In this document: positions 13,344-26,091 of the stretch, piece by piece | Numbering within the stretch: the first letter of the stretch is position 1 | How the letters are laid out: every line of letters starts with the position of its first letter | Assembly: GCF_006345805.1 (NCBI RefSeq) | Contig: NC_043004.1 | Span: forward strand, 17,980,001-18,044,000 | Direction of reading: 5' to 3' | Source of the DNA: Octopus sinensis | Lineage: Eukaryota | DNA length: 64,000 bases | Program-made: the position numbers and the translations under genes | Notes under the pieces: generated by a model | The model's database searches: none | What the model saw: the letters and a program-made list of their open reading frames with translations, nothing else | Told to the model about the DNA's origin: nothing

Positions 13344-13694
13344 TGGGAATATAAATATGTTTGCAAATTGTTTTTGTTACATGTTATTCTGTGTTCTGAA
13401 TACTTTTATTTTAATAAATGTTGCTTACTGCAAGTTATGGATGATTCTTTTATGACTTCATTACTTTCAGGCATTACACTCACACACAAACACACGAGCA
13501 CACACACATACACACGTGAACACACATACACACACACGCGCACATGCACACGCACGCACACATACACACACACGCACACATACACACACACGCACACAAA
13601 TACACGCACAGACATACATATTTGAATGTATTTCATTATTGACAGATATCATCACACTTGTGCCTAGTGAAATACATGTTTATATATCCTTTGA

Positions 13695-14066
13695 GGCGCA
13701 GGAGTGGCTATGTGGTAAGAAGCTTGCTTACCAACCAAATGGTTTCGGGTTCAGTCCCACTGCGTGGCAACTTGGGATAAGTGTCTTCTACTATAGCCGC
13801 GGGCCGACTAAAGCCTTGTGAGTGGATTTGGTAGACGGAAACTGGAAGAAGCCCGTCGTATATATATATGTATGTGTCTTTGTCCCCCCAGCATCGCTTG
13901 ACAACCGATGCTGGTGCGTTTACGCCACTATAACTTAGCGGTTCGGCAAAACCGACCGATAGAATAAGTACTTGGCTTACAAAGAACAAGTCCTTGGGTC
14001 GATTTGTTCGACTGAAGGCGGTGCTCCGGCATGGCCGCAATCAAATGACTGAAACCAGTCAAAAAA
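13695..14066 (+). mobile_element. SINE family A, complete
   Basis: Head, short microsatellite and body all present. Confidence 0.9.
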
Positions 14067-14613
14067 TGAAATGTAATAACCGAAGAACAAACGCTCTATC
14101 GAGAACATATGCATGCATATTCACAAGCACGTGTGTGTGTGTGTGCGTGCGCGCGCATACAGATGAGCTGCTACATGAATGAAACGATAGATTGAATAGA
14201 ATGAAGCGATAGACTGGAAAACAATTCTATTTGGGAGATGGAATTGACTGCCACCAAAATGCTGGTTGCACACTGCTTGCAGATAACTGCACAATTACAC
14301 ATTCTATACTTGAAACAGCTGTAAGGATTAATTTGCACGCTGCCTTTGTTCTCTTTCATTTTTAGCTTTACTTGTGAAGATCTGGTTCTATCTAGCGAAC
14401 TATGTAATATCAATATCAATATCACAGACTCACCTTATAGCTATTCCTGGTGTCTACCAGCGTACATAGCTATCATTATGAATATCCCATACTGGAGCTT
14501 TTTCTCATCTCTTGTGATTTATAGTGCTTTATGCATTTGTTGCTTCCCTGTGGCTTGTATAAATATATAAATGATGCAGTCTAACTCGATGCCAGTTGTT
14601 TTTCTGGTATATA

Positions 14614-15705
14614 CAGGGTGCGTAAGGCATTTCAGGACATATCAATTTTGGGGTCATTACTGCATTTTTTGCTAACTCTGTATAATCTTTGTTTCAGAAA
14701 ATAATAATGGCAGACCCTCAGCTTACTCAAGGAATGAAGAAGCATACTCTTATTGTGGTTATAAAGGCTGAGCATAGCGATTTAGAAATATCTCGAGTTT
14801 TAAAAGTTGCCAGCTCTTTCGTCATTGATTACAATCCCAGAAAGTCTATGAGGTCAATTGCAAAAGATCTCCATGTGTCAGAAGGGACAGTCAGAAATGT
14901 TGTCCACGAAGACATCAGAATATGTATTATATGATGAAGGAAGGTCAATTTGTCAGGAAAAAAAAAGCAAAGGAAAATTACTACATCAGATCTAAAAGGT
15001 TCTTAAGCAAAATGAAAAATCTAGCAGAAGATTTGATTTGGTTTTTCTCAAACGAGAAAAACTTAGACCAAAATCAAAAAGTTAGCAGAAAAATAAAAGA
15101 TGGCTATGCGTAAGCCCATCTGAAGTTCCAAGTATTATGCATACAAAATTTCCTGCAGCTGTCATGGTTTTACGGGTTGTCAGCAATGAAGGGCAACTGA
15201 TGCCGCCTTACTTCTTTCCACAACGCCTTAGAGTTAACTCTGCCGCCTACATTGAAGTCCTGGAAACAGTTGTTAAGTCTTGGATAGACAGTGTTTGCAA
15301 TGGAAGGTCATATGTGTTTCAATAAGTCTCTGCGCTATCACACATGGCTCTAGTAACACAGGAATGGATGGCTGAAAATTTTCCTTATAACATAACCCTT
15401 AACATTTGTCCTCCTAATTTCTCAGCTCTCAATCCATTGGACTATTACATGTGGAGCGTTGTTGAGAGAGAGGTCAATGCCATAGTCAGGGTAATGTCCA
15501 AAATGAACCAGGACCACTTGATTCTAGCATGATTGAGATCTCATATAGAAGCAGTTGTTAAAACTGAAGGTGGCTTTATTGAATAACATTATAGAAAAGA
15601 AGGTTTATTTTGATCTTCATTGCAATTTTTGATAAAGTTATCTGTTATATGTATCTATTTTTTTTTATAAACATAAATCTGTCCTTAAATATCTTACGCA
15701 CTCTG
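14614..15705 (+). mobile_element. Degenerate maT (DD37D) Tc1/mariner transposon, internally deleted
   Basis: TIRs CAGGGTGCGTAAG / CTTACGCACTCTG with TA on both flanks; transposase remnants WFFSNEK, FQ*V(D)SA..H, PPNFSALNPLDY with 37 residues between the 2nd and 3rd catalytic positions. Confidence 0.85.
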
Positions 15706-15706
15706 T

Positions 15707-15739
<33 letters not shown>

Positions 15740-15742
<3 letters not shown>

Positions 15743-17007
15743 GGGTTGGACAAAATAACGGAAACAACTTAAAATTTCAAACAAATTTATTTTAATATGG
15801 GGTAGGATTGCCTTTCACAGTAATTACAGCTTGAATTCTACACGGTATGGACTCGTATAAAGTTTGAATTGTTTCCAAAGGAACTTTTGTTCATTCTTCA
15901 GCTAAAACAGTCTCCAGTTTTTGTAGTGATTATGGTGGAGGATATCGACTCCTTACTTGTTTTTCTAAAATGCACCATAAATGTTCAATAATATTGAGAT
16001 CTGGGGACTGAGGTGGCCAGATAAGATGTTCAACTTCACTAGAATGTTCATCGTGCCATTCAGTAACAACTTTAGCTGTGTGAATTGGTGCATTATCATC
16101 CTGAAAGATCGCGTCTCCCTCCGGAAACAATTCTGCAACCATAGGATGAATTTGATCAGATAAAATGCTTAAATAGTCTTGACTGTTAATTCTGCCATGA
16201 AGGGAAACCATTGGGCCGGCAGATTTCCAAGATATAGCCCCTCAGATCACAGATCCCCCTCCACGTTGAACAGTTGGAAGAAGGCAGTCTGGGTCAAATG
16301 CATCTTTTGGCTGTCTCCACGCGTATACTCGGCCGGTGGCTGAAAATAAGGTAAAGAATGACTCGTCTAAGAAAATAACATTCTTCCACTGCTCTAGGGA
16401 CCAATTCTGTAGGTTTTTACTCCACTCTAAACACTTTGCAACGTTTGTTTTTGAAAGCAGTGGTTTTCTGATTGCAGTCCTCCCGTGAAATCCAGCTTTG
16501 TGTAGCTCCCGGTGAACAGTTTTTGAGGAGACTGGATTCTCGAGGTAGTCATTAAGCTCTGCAGTAATTTTGGGAACTGTATTTTTGTGATCCTTTCTAA
16601 CAATTCGCGTAAGAGTCCGACGGTCCCTATCTGAAAGTTTTGGTTTTCTGCCGGAGTTTTGTTTCGACGAGGAGGTTTTTCCCTCTTTCTCAAAGGCTGT
16701 CATTTTTTTCGAGATGGTACTTCCTGATATACCAAACAGTTCGGCTGTTACCGTTACACTAGCGCCTGCCATACGAACACCAACAATTTGACCTCTTTGA
16801 AAGTCCGATAGATGTGATTTTAATGAATCTTAATTACCTTTTTCTGATAATATCTGAAAAGAAACAGCAATTTCAGCAAAACATATTAAGCAACACTAAT
16901 AATAAATCAAAAAACATTAAAATAAACAAGCTTTTGACGGTTTTATAGATATTTTAAAATTATGATGCTAAGATGCTAGATGTTCCCATTAATTTGTCCA
17001 ACCCCTG
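15740..17007 (-). mobile_element. Tc1-like transposon with DD36E transposase (Incomer-type spacing), frameshifted
   Basis: TIRs (C/T)AGGGGTTGGACAAA with TA flanks; ORFs 16242-16772 and 15930-16211 give HTH region, IFLDES, FQDDNAPIH, WPPQSPDLNIIE; 36 residues counted between D and E. Confidence 0.9.
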
Positions 17008-17012
17008 TATGT

Positions 17013-17370
17013 AAATTAAGTAGGGTATCAGAATACTACTTGCTAGAAATAGTAGCTAACACTCCAAAACCTCAAATTTCTCACTATTAAAATACATACG
17101 GTGACTGCAACGAATATAACAGAAATAGGCTTACCTTGTATGATCTTCAGAAGCAAGAAAGACAGACATCCCAGTATCAGTTGACTTCACCTTTTGTATT
17201 ATTTGATACCAGGATGTCTGTCTTACTTGCTTCTGTAGATCATACAAGGTCAGCCCATTTCTGTTATATTCGTTGCAGTCACCCTGTGCATTTCAATAGT
17301 GAGAAATTTGTGGTTTTAAAGTGTTAGCTCCGATTTCTAGCAAGTGGTATTCTGATACCCGACTTAATTT
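17013..17370. mobile_element. Foldback/MITE-like long inverted repeat
   Basis: ~167-bp arms, roughly 85-90% identical by eye, with a ~24-bp loop. Confidence 0.75.
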
Positions 17371-17434
17371 ATTTATGTATTTACCTATATGTAAATATAT
17401 AAATAAACTTGCTGGCCACTTATTATTATTATTA

Positions 17435-17478
<44 letters not shown>

Positions 17479-17548
17479 TATTATTATAATAATAATAATA
17501 ATAATGGTAATAATACCTTTATATATAAGGCTGTGTGTGTATGTCTAT

Positions 17549-17581
<33 letters not shown>

Positions 17582-18032
17582 TGGTGCCAAAATGAGAGGG
17601 TTCACCCAAAGAAAAGGTTTTGTTTCATGATATAATCAGTTTAGTCATGAATAAAATAAAACGCGTTTCAAACTGCTGTAGTGAACCTCAGCCTTTGGTA
17701 GTCTTTACATGTGTGTGTGTGTGTGTGCGCGCCCTGCTGCTGCTGCTGCTGCTGAGGTGAATTTTCACCCCTCTCTGATATTTATTGCGTTTTTAAAAAA
17801 GCACGTCCATAAGAGATGTTAGTCCAGGACAAATAATGCTATAACTGGCCTACCAACAGTGTATATACATTAAATATGATACATAGATGGCCATCTTAAT
17901 TGAATGGTGTTTCAACTGAAAATACCATGTGTGTGTTTGTGTGTGTGCGTTTGTGCATGTGTGTATGTTTATATACACATATGTAAACACATGAGTATGT
18001 ATATATGTTTCTATGTATGCCTATATACGTGT

Positions 18033-18074
<42 letters not shown>

Positions 18075-18119
18075 CATATACATATATACATACATACATA
18101 CATACATACATACATACAC

Positions 18120-18715
18120 GTCTGTGTGTTTGCCCCTCATCAACGCCCGCTTGACAACCGGTGCTGGTGTATTTATACCCCTGTAACCTTGCGGTTCACC
18201 AAAGGCAGACGATAGAATAAATATCAGGCTTTAAAACAGTACCTGTATTCGATACGTACATACATACATACATACATACACGCATACATACATAAACACG
18301 CACATACACCTGTACACAATGAACGCAGGCGTATTTGTCTGTGCGTATGATTAAATATGCATCCGTGCGTGTGTTTATGTAAGAATGTGTGTGCAGTAAA
18401 ACAATTGCCACCTCTACTGCTACTACTACGACGACGAAAGTAACAGACGCCACCGTACAATTTATGAAGCGATAACGTTATTAGACTTGTTATTTTTGTT
18501 GTCCTCAAATTCTTTATTTTCCTTTTCTTTAGCAAATATACGTAAGTGCTTTTAATAATTCATTAAGTGGAGGAATAAATACAGACTATGTTGGTTTCGT
18601 AGACGGACACTTTGCTTGGGCGTCTGTGTATGTGTATCGGTGCCCTTAGGAATATTCTAAACATCGTGATGTGCACGCACACAGACACGCATATATACAC
18701 AAACACATACACACA

Positions 18716-18788
<73 letters not shown>

Positions 18789-19075
18789 GTATATATATTC
18801 TTTTTTCTTTTATTTGTTTCAGTCATTTGACTGCGGCCATGCTAGAGCACCACCTTTAGTCGAACAAATCGACCTCAGGACTTCTTTTTTGTAAGCCTAG
18901 CACTTATTACGCTAAGTTACGCTAAGTTACGAGGATGTAAACACACTAGCATCGGTTGTCAAGTGATGGTGGGGGGACAAACACAGATACACAAACATAC
19001 ATATATATACGACGGGATTTTCTCAGTTTCCGTCTACCAAATACACTCACAAGGCTTTGGTTGGACCGAGGCTAT
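18120..19075. mobile_element. SINE-A body fragment (+, ~18120-18235), (TCTA)n (18717-18790) and degenerate SINE-A (-, ~18800-19075)
   Basis: Homology to family A; repeat directly visible. Confidence 0.7.
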
Positions 19076-19245
19076 ATATATGTGTGTGTGTGTGGATCAA
19101 AAAACGCAATAGAGGACATAAAACATTCGGACAGATTGACGATACAGAGGCGGACAAGAGAAACAACAACTAGGACAGGCAAAAAATGACGCGCCATTCG
19201 TGGCTTTCTTTCCTCAGTCAAGTTACCAGATGTCTTTACTGTTTC

Positions 19246-19285
<40 letters not shown>

Positions 19286-19353
19286 TATATACACACACAA
19301 ATACATATACGTTATATACACACACAAAACATATACGTTATATACACACACAT

Positions 19354-19392
<39 letters not shown>

Positions 19393-19460
19393 GGTCCCGG
19401 GTTGATTCGGGGTTAACCACAGTAAATAAGGTACTCAATACATAGCAGAGTAAAATTAAT

Positions 19461-19549
19461 TTATTATATAGAAGGAGCTTCTACAGGACTAGAACTGTTT
19501 CATTGAATGAAACAGTTCTAGTCCTGTAGAAGCTCCTTCTATATAATAA
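19461..19549. repeat. Perfect 89-bp palindrome (44-bp arms, 1-nt spacer)
   Basis: TTATTATATAGAAGGAGCTTCTACAGGACTAGAACTGTTTCATT-G-reverse complement. Confidence 0.95.
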
Positions 19550-19567
19550 AAAAAAAAATATATATTA

Positions 19568-19605
<38 letters not shown>

Positions 19606-19674
19606 GCACACGCCACACACACAGACATATATAAATTTATATATATATACAAGCACACACACACACATATACGT

Positions 19675-19752
<78 letters not shown>

Positions 19753-19864
19753 CGATAGATAGATAGATCGTCGGTGTATCATAGATCCGAAAAAGTACTC
19801 TCTAAAGCATAGAGCAGTAATGTATTTACATAGTCTTAAGTTTAAGTCCGGTCGTTTATATACT

Positions 19865-21232
19865 CTTAAGTCTATGTCCGGTCAATGGTTCCACATCCTC
19901 AATGAACTTAGCCCCATGGACTACTCGTCAGACTCTAAAGCCGTGGCATATAACTCTTCAACTCTGAGAGGAGTGGACTGTGTTACGGTCAGTTAGTTAG
20001 TAAGTAACCAAAGGATAAGCAACCCACGAAAAGGAAGCGCCGCCGGAACGTCGTTTGGTTTTTTCCTCACCCTTGTCATTCAAGGTTACGACTTGTGTAG
20101 GAAGAATATTCCGCAGGTTAGTAGGCAAACACTTCGTACAAACACTCAGTTACGAACGTTTGTTAAATAGGCACAAATTATGGGTCTCCTTTATTTGCGC
20201 ACCCAAACATGAAAAGCATGTTAGCAAACACCCATAAAATGCTGGGAAGACAATGACTGCCCAGGGAGAGGCCAATGCGAGACAGAGCGAGTCAGTCGTT
20301 TGTGAGGATATGGTGATACCTACACCTAGTGATCATAGTAGTAGCAGCAACAGTTGATCCAACAACATCGACGGCAACGGCAGTTGCGACAGTGACAGAA
20401 ACACCAGCACTAAGGCCAATAACCCCAACACAAGCGCCACGACCGGAGATGACGATCGCGCCGACACCAACAGCACCAGCGAAGCTACTGACTCTACGCC
20501 CAGTGTTACCAACGACGGCAGCCACATCACCATTGGTGACAGCAGCACCAACGCGACGACCATGAATGACCACTATAACGACAACAGCCACAGCTTCAGC
20601 AACACCAGCGGCAAAAGCAACATTTCCAGCCTGGAAATATATCGGGTCAGCCGGGACTGCCTTCAAGCAGTACTTGTATAACCACATGCCCTCGTTTAAG
20701 ATTCCAGAAAAACGATTCATCACATCCCTGGTAAGCCACGTGTAGGACCTTAAAGATGAAAGGACTCCATACGATATCAAGTGAAGGATCATGGAGCAGC
20801 CGGGGTCCTACAGGGACGGAAGCAGTCGCTACAAATCTTGCAGAGCTGAGCGTGCAAGGATCCTTAAAAACTCCCTGAAACCAGAGTTACTGAACTCTCG
20901 CCAGGAAATTTACAGACCCTGCATCCATTTAAAACGTTATCTGCTGCAAGCATGGGACCCCCTGTTCATCCATTAGATCCGGAAAGGTCCTTACAAACAA
21001 AAAGCAGCCTACGGGCAAAATTCCTTGATCTCCTTCTGACAAGGGAGATAAGCCCTCCTCTCCGACCCAGATTGTTTATTCTTTGGTTTCTTACTAACTT
21101 GACCATAACGGATTCCTACCTCCCAGAGTTGAAGAATTAAGTGCCTCGGCTTTAGAGTCTGACGAGATGTCCATGGGGCTAGACCCTTTATAGATGCAAA
21201 ACCATTAGTCACTATGACTGGACATAGTTAAC

Positions 21233-21235
<3 letters not shown>
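19865..21235 (+). mobile_element. Unclassified element with ~110-bp imperfect inverted terminal repeats and a decayed internal reading frame
   Basis: 19865-19975 is the reverse complement of ~21115-21230 (TAGCCCCATGGAC..CTCGTCAGACTCTAAAGCCG..TCTTCAACTCTG); stop-interrupted T/P/A-rich frame at about 20314-21100. Confidence 0.5.
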
Positions 21236-21313
<78 letters not shown>

Positions 21314-21344
21314 ATATATATATATACAGTATATATACCTGTAT

Positions 21345-21640
21345 CACAGTATTGATCAGACTTTCAAATGCTGTTATACACCACTGGTCACAATTTGCAC
21401 CCAATTCTGTCTTGATTGTGCCATTCTTTTCCAGCTTGACCCAAATTGCTTAATTAAACCACTGTCCCATCGTCGTAAAGGCCTCCCAAGTGGCCTTTAC
21501 TGACATATTAATTACTACTCGGAGACTACACGGGTCCACCTGTTACATGTGAATACTGCGACATGTCCGGTCCAGCAGAAATTTTGTTTTTGGTACTCTG
21601 CGAACATATCAATCACTCCGCTCCATTCTCTAATGTGATA
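21345..21640 (-). mobile_element. RTE-clade LINE 3' fragment
   Basis: Translates to WTGHVA..NRWTRVVSE..RPLGRPLRRWD..WKRMAQSRQNW, the RTE C-terminal motif set. Confidence 0.7.
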
Positions 21641-22551
21641 TTCGAAATACACACGCACACACATATATGCATACATATATACACATGCAACTAAACCTCC
21701 ATAAACCAGAAACCCTTAAACAAGTATTTACTCCTACCAGAATTCGGATACCTATACAAAATTATCATATAGTATCAGTGTATGGTATAATATACACTAA
21801 ACCAACTATAGACCAAGAAACAAAGGACCCTTAAAGTTCAACCTTACAAGAACTAGATTCAATGAAGGATAACTTATAACTATGTGAAAACAAAATACAA
21901 AAAATTCACAGTCGACATGAACATCAAACAAATATATGCGTCTATCATCAGCTGCCTAACGGATATCATTATGATTTCAACACCTTGGCATTTAATCTGA
22001 CGGTGTCAATAGTGCTAAAGCCATAAACTTTTCTAGGAACGAACAAGCAAGAAGTTGGCGCAAGAATTAGCGCAATATATCCCTTACATTTACACCTACT
22101 TTTGTTACAAATAACAACATTAATTCTCAAACATAAATCGTTTCATATCTATAGTTACGAAACACCAGTAATTAAAATACAAAATGAAGAAAAGAGAAAA
22201 ATATGAAAATGGACATTGCCACCTCACGAATAATAGTATTTAAAAACGACAGAACATTAAACCGAATTAGCAAACTAAACGTATTGAACACTGAAGAAGT
22301 CACACGTTGCTAATACATAAAACGGGAAATAATGATAATTATAATAATCGACCTCGAACTGTAAACAGAAAGGTTAATTTAAGAACATATGCTAACAGAT
22401 AATGCTACCCAACAATTTATAACACATATTTAAAACACGGAAACATAATTAAAACGAACCTGTATATATTCTAGAACCTCCTTTTCTCTATCTCTTTACG
22501 TGTAATTATCCATTATCTGTATATGTGTAATGGTGTCCGCGTCTACGTGCG

Positions 22552-22621
<70 letters not shown>

Positions 22622-22804
22622 TGCCAATAGATTTTGTAGAGCTAAATATTGTTTTTTGGTATCATAAGTTGTTATAAAAACAACGGGTCTATGACTCAAA
22701 ATTTCATGCCCAGAGCAACCACTTGCATGTAGCAATCATCAGATGAGTTTTAAAACGACCAAGTTTCGTGCACTATTGAATGTAGTGTACCATCACAAAC
22801 GTAT

Positions 22805-23204
22805 ACTCTTTTACTCGTTTCAGTCATTTGACTGCGGCCATGCTGGAGCACCGCCTTTAGTCGAACAAATCGACCCCGGGACTTATTCTTTGTAAGCCCA
22901 GTACTTATTCTATCAGTCTCTTTTGCCCAACCGCTAAGTGACGGGGACGTAAACACACCAGCATCGGTTGTCAAGCAATGCTAGAGGGACAAACACAGAC
23001 ACACAAACATATACATACACATACATACATACATATACATATATACGACAGGCTTCTTTCAGTTTCCGTCTACCAAATCCACTCACAAAGCATTGGTCGG
23101 CCCGAGGCTATAGCAGAAGACACTTGCCCAAGATGCCACGCAGTGGGACTGAACCCAGAACCATGTGGTTGGTAGGCAAGCTACTTACCACACAGCCACT
23201 CCTG
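22805..23204 (-). mobile_element. SINE family A, young subfamily
   Basis: Most diagnostic variants as in 19-436. Confidence 0.9.
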
Positions 23205-23917
23205 GTGTAAGTATGTGTATAAATATGTATGATTCAAAGAGAAGAAAGGGAGAGCACTACTGTGTGCATTAATCATACTTCAAATATACCTTTTCCCTGT
23301 CTCTCTCTCCAACCCTATCCGTCTCTATCGCCCTTCCCGCCTCTTTCCGCTTTTATTTTTAACCTCTTCACATTCTTAAGTTATTTCTTACTGTATCAAT
23401 TTTATTTCATCTATTCAGCCGCTATTTTACTTCCATTTCTGTATAGCACGAGCAGAGTAAGAAGTTGCTATATATTCAAGCATCTAAAATATAAGACTAA
23501 TCGAATCCGCAAACAAACAAACAAAAAAAAAACAGACAATAATCATAAAACTAATTAAATGCATCTATAGGTCGACAGGTCAATCGATAACTAATGCAGT
23601 AAATATACGCAACGTAAATATATAAATAAAAGTCTTTTTAAAATGCGGTTCAAAAACAACAATTGACTAAAACGTATGTTTTTAAATCAAAAATAATTTT
23701 CTTTAGCATGTTGAATTCAATTTAATTTCTTTTGAATTCCACAGAATATTGCTTTCGTCAAACGATTCTATATCTATCAATATATTGAGAGAGAAAAAAT
23801 GAAATGTCTGCCCAAGAATAAAAATAAATGAAGAAAGCCTCAGGTTACAAGGTAAGTTATATATATACATATATACCGTTATAGCATCTTCCCATATGTG
23901 TGTGTAGTGTGTGTATG

Positions 23918-23962
<45 letters not shown>

Positions 23963-24136
23963 ATACACACATGTATATGTATGTATGTATATACATAATG
24001 TATATATATGTATGTATGTATGTATATACACACATGTATATATATATATATATATTATATATATATATATATCTATATATATATATGTATATACACACAT
24101 GTATATATGTATATATATATATATGTATATAGACAC

Positions 24137-24168
<32 letters not shown>

Positions 24169-24410
24169 AATATACACACATTTATATATAAACAGATTGA
24201 TACATACATACATATATATTATACTCTTTACTTGTTTCAGTCATTTGACTGTGGCCATGCTGGAGCACCGCCTTCTGTGGAGCAAATCGACCTTAGGACT
24301 TATTCTTTGTAAGCCTAGTGCTTATTCTATCGGTCTCTCTTGCCCAACCTCTAACTGATGGCGACGTAAACACACCAGCATAGGTTGTCATGCGATGTTG
24401 GGGAGGGGGA

Positions 24411-24477
<67 letters not shown>

Positions 24478-24485
<8 letters not shown>

Positions 24486-26028
24486 AAGGGTGAAAAGGAA
24501 CACACGAGTTGATATATATGAAAAAACAAGTCAAAAATAGAAAATGCTAAAATAATTTTATAGTGAACATTTCAGTACCGGTTTCGGTCATTTTGAGACC
24601 TTTTCAACTGTAACGATTAAATAATTAAATTTAGAAAAATTAGAAGAAAGTTCTTTTAAAAGAATATTTCTATAGTAGTGTTCAGATTTAAGTGGCATTC
24701 TGCCTTTCTCTGACTCCCTTGTTTGCACTTGTGTGTTGGAGGTCGTTGTGAGTTCTTGGTAGGGTAGTAGAGGAAGAAGGCTGGTGAGGAAAGGGGGGTG
24801 GGAGAATCTGGGAGTGCCCTGATGGTCGTATTTTGAATGGTCAGTGGCGGCTGGCAGTCTCAGTTCAATTCAGGAGAATATTTATATTGACAGGCTTGTT
24901 TATAGAATTAGCGTAGGTGTTATACTAAAAAACATTAGTGACAAAGTTAAGGGGTAGGGGGTGGAGAAGTAGAAGAAGAAGAAGAAGAAGAAGAATAAGA
25001 AGAAGAAGAAGGAGAAGGAGAAGATGATGGTGATGGTGGTGATGATTATGACGACGATGATGATGATAATGATGATGATGAAGAAGAAGAAGAAGAAGAA
25101 GAAGAAGAAGAAGAAGAAGGAGGAGAAGGAGAAGATGGTGGTGATGATGGTGGTGATGATGATGACGACGATAATGATGATGATAATGATGATGATGAGA
25201 AGAAGAGGAAGAAGAAGAAGAAAAAAAAACAGAGAAGGGAGAATATGAATGGGTGTAAGTATAGCTATGATGGGGCTGATTAGTAATGGATTCTATGGAG
25301 TGTAATATTTGTGTGTGTATATATATTTTTCTTTTATTCTAAAGTTGAGGTATATAATTGTTTGTCGTAGACCCGTTAAGAAGTGGCTGTATTTTGTAAT
25401 AAAAAGATTTTCTTTACTTATTCGTTGTCTCGAGGTTGTATCGTCCCTAAATTGGTAGAGGGGGAAAATTCTGAAGTTTGGTGTTTTTTTGTTGGCGCAA
25501 GTATCTATGTGTTGGCTAAAAGCTATTTTTCTGTTTTGGGGAATTTTTATCTGGGATCTGTGCAGGGCCATTCGTTTACGCAAACCATTTTTTGTTTGGC
25601 CTATGTACTGCTCTTGACACCCGGAGGCAGGTTAGTGAGTATATTAGGTTCTCCGAAGCACATGTGAAGTTGCTTTTCACTGTAAACCGTTGTCCCTGTT
25701 TGAAGGAGAACTCTGATCCCTCAATTAGATAGTCGCATATCCCGCAATTGGGTCTTCCACATTTTTTTACTGTCGGCTTCTGTGTTGAAGAGTGAATTCG
25801 GGCTTGTGTAAGGAGACTTTTCATGGATCTAGGCTGTCTTTTGCTTTTTATGATCGTGTGTGTTTGGAGGATTGTGTTCATTCTGTGGTCTTTTTTTTAG
25901 GAGGGGTATGTTGTGGAGGATGGTGTCGAAGGCTTCGTTATTGAGAGGGTTGTGTGTGGAGATGTATGGTAAGGCTTTTGGTTGTAAGTTTTTCTTTGAT
26001 TTGGGATGTCTCAGTTCCTTGATGTTAA
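24478..26028 (-). mobile_element. Inverted 5'-truncated copy of the PLE 3' end (linker, GIY-YIG, 3' UTR, pLTR)
   Basis: Reverse complement of 29060-30570, differing mainly by small indels. Confidence 0.95.
24568..24615 (-). ncRNA. Minimal type I hammerhead ribozyme motif (U3:A8 variant), copy in the inverted pLTR
   Basis: Exact reverse complement of 26044-26091. Confidence 0.75.
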
Positions 26029-26043
26029 ATTTAATTATTTAAT

Positions 26044-26091
26044 CGTTACAGTTGAAAAGGTCTCAAAATGACCGAAACCGGTACTGAAATG
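26044..26091 (+). ncRNA. Minimal type I hammerhead ribozyme motif (U3:A8 variant) in the 5' pLTR
   Basis: CGTTACAG-TTGAAAA-GGTC(TCAAAAT)GACC-GAAA-CCGG-TA|CTGAAATG; palindromic stem III ACCGGT. Confidence 0.75.

Noticed and set aside
14340-14570. Possible host exon (strong GTGAGT donor on - near 14435; polypyrimidine-AG on +)
   Set aside because: All frames contain stops and no recognisable protein; splice-like motifs alone are insufficient.
21660-22500. AC-rich stretch resembling decayed retroelement coding sequence
   Set aside because: No translatable motif could be recognised in any frame.
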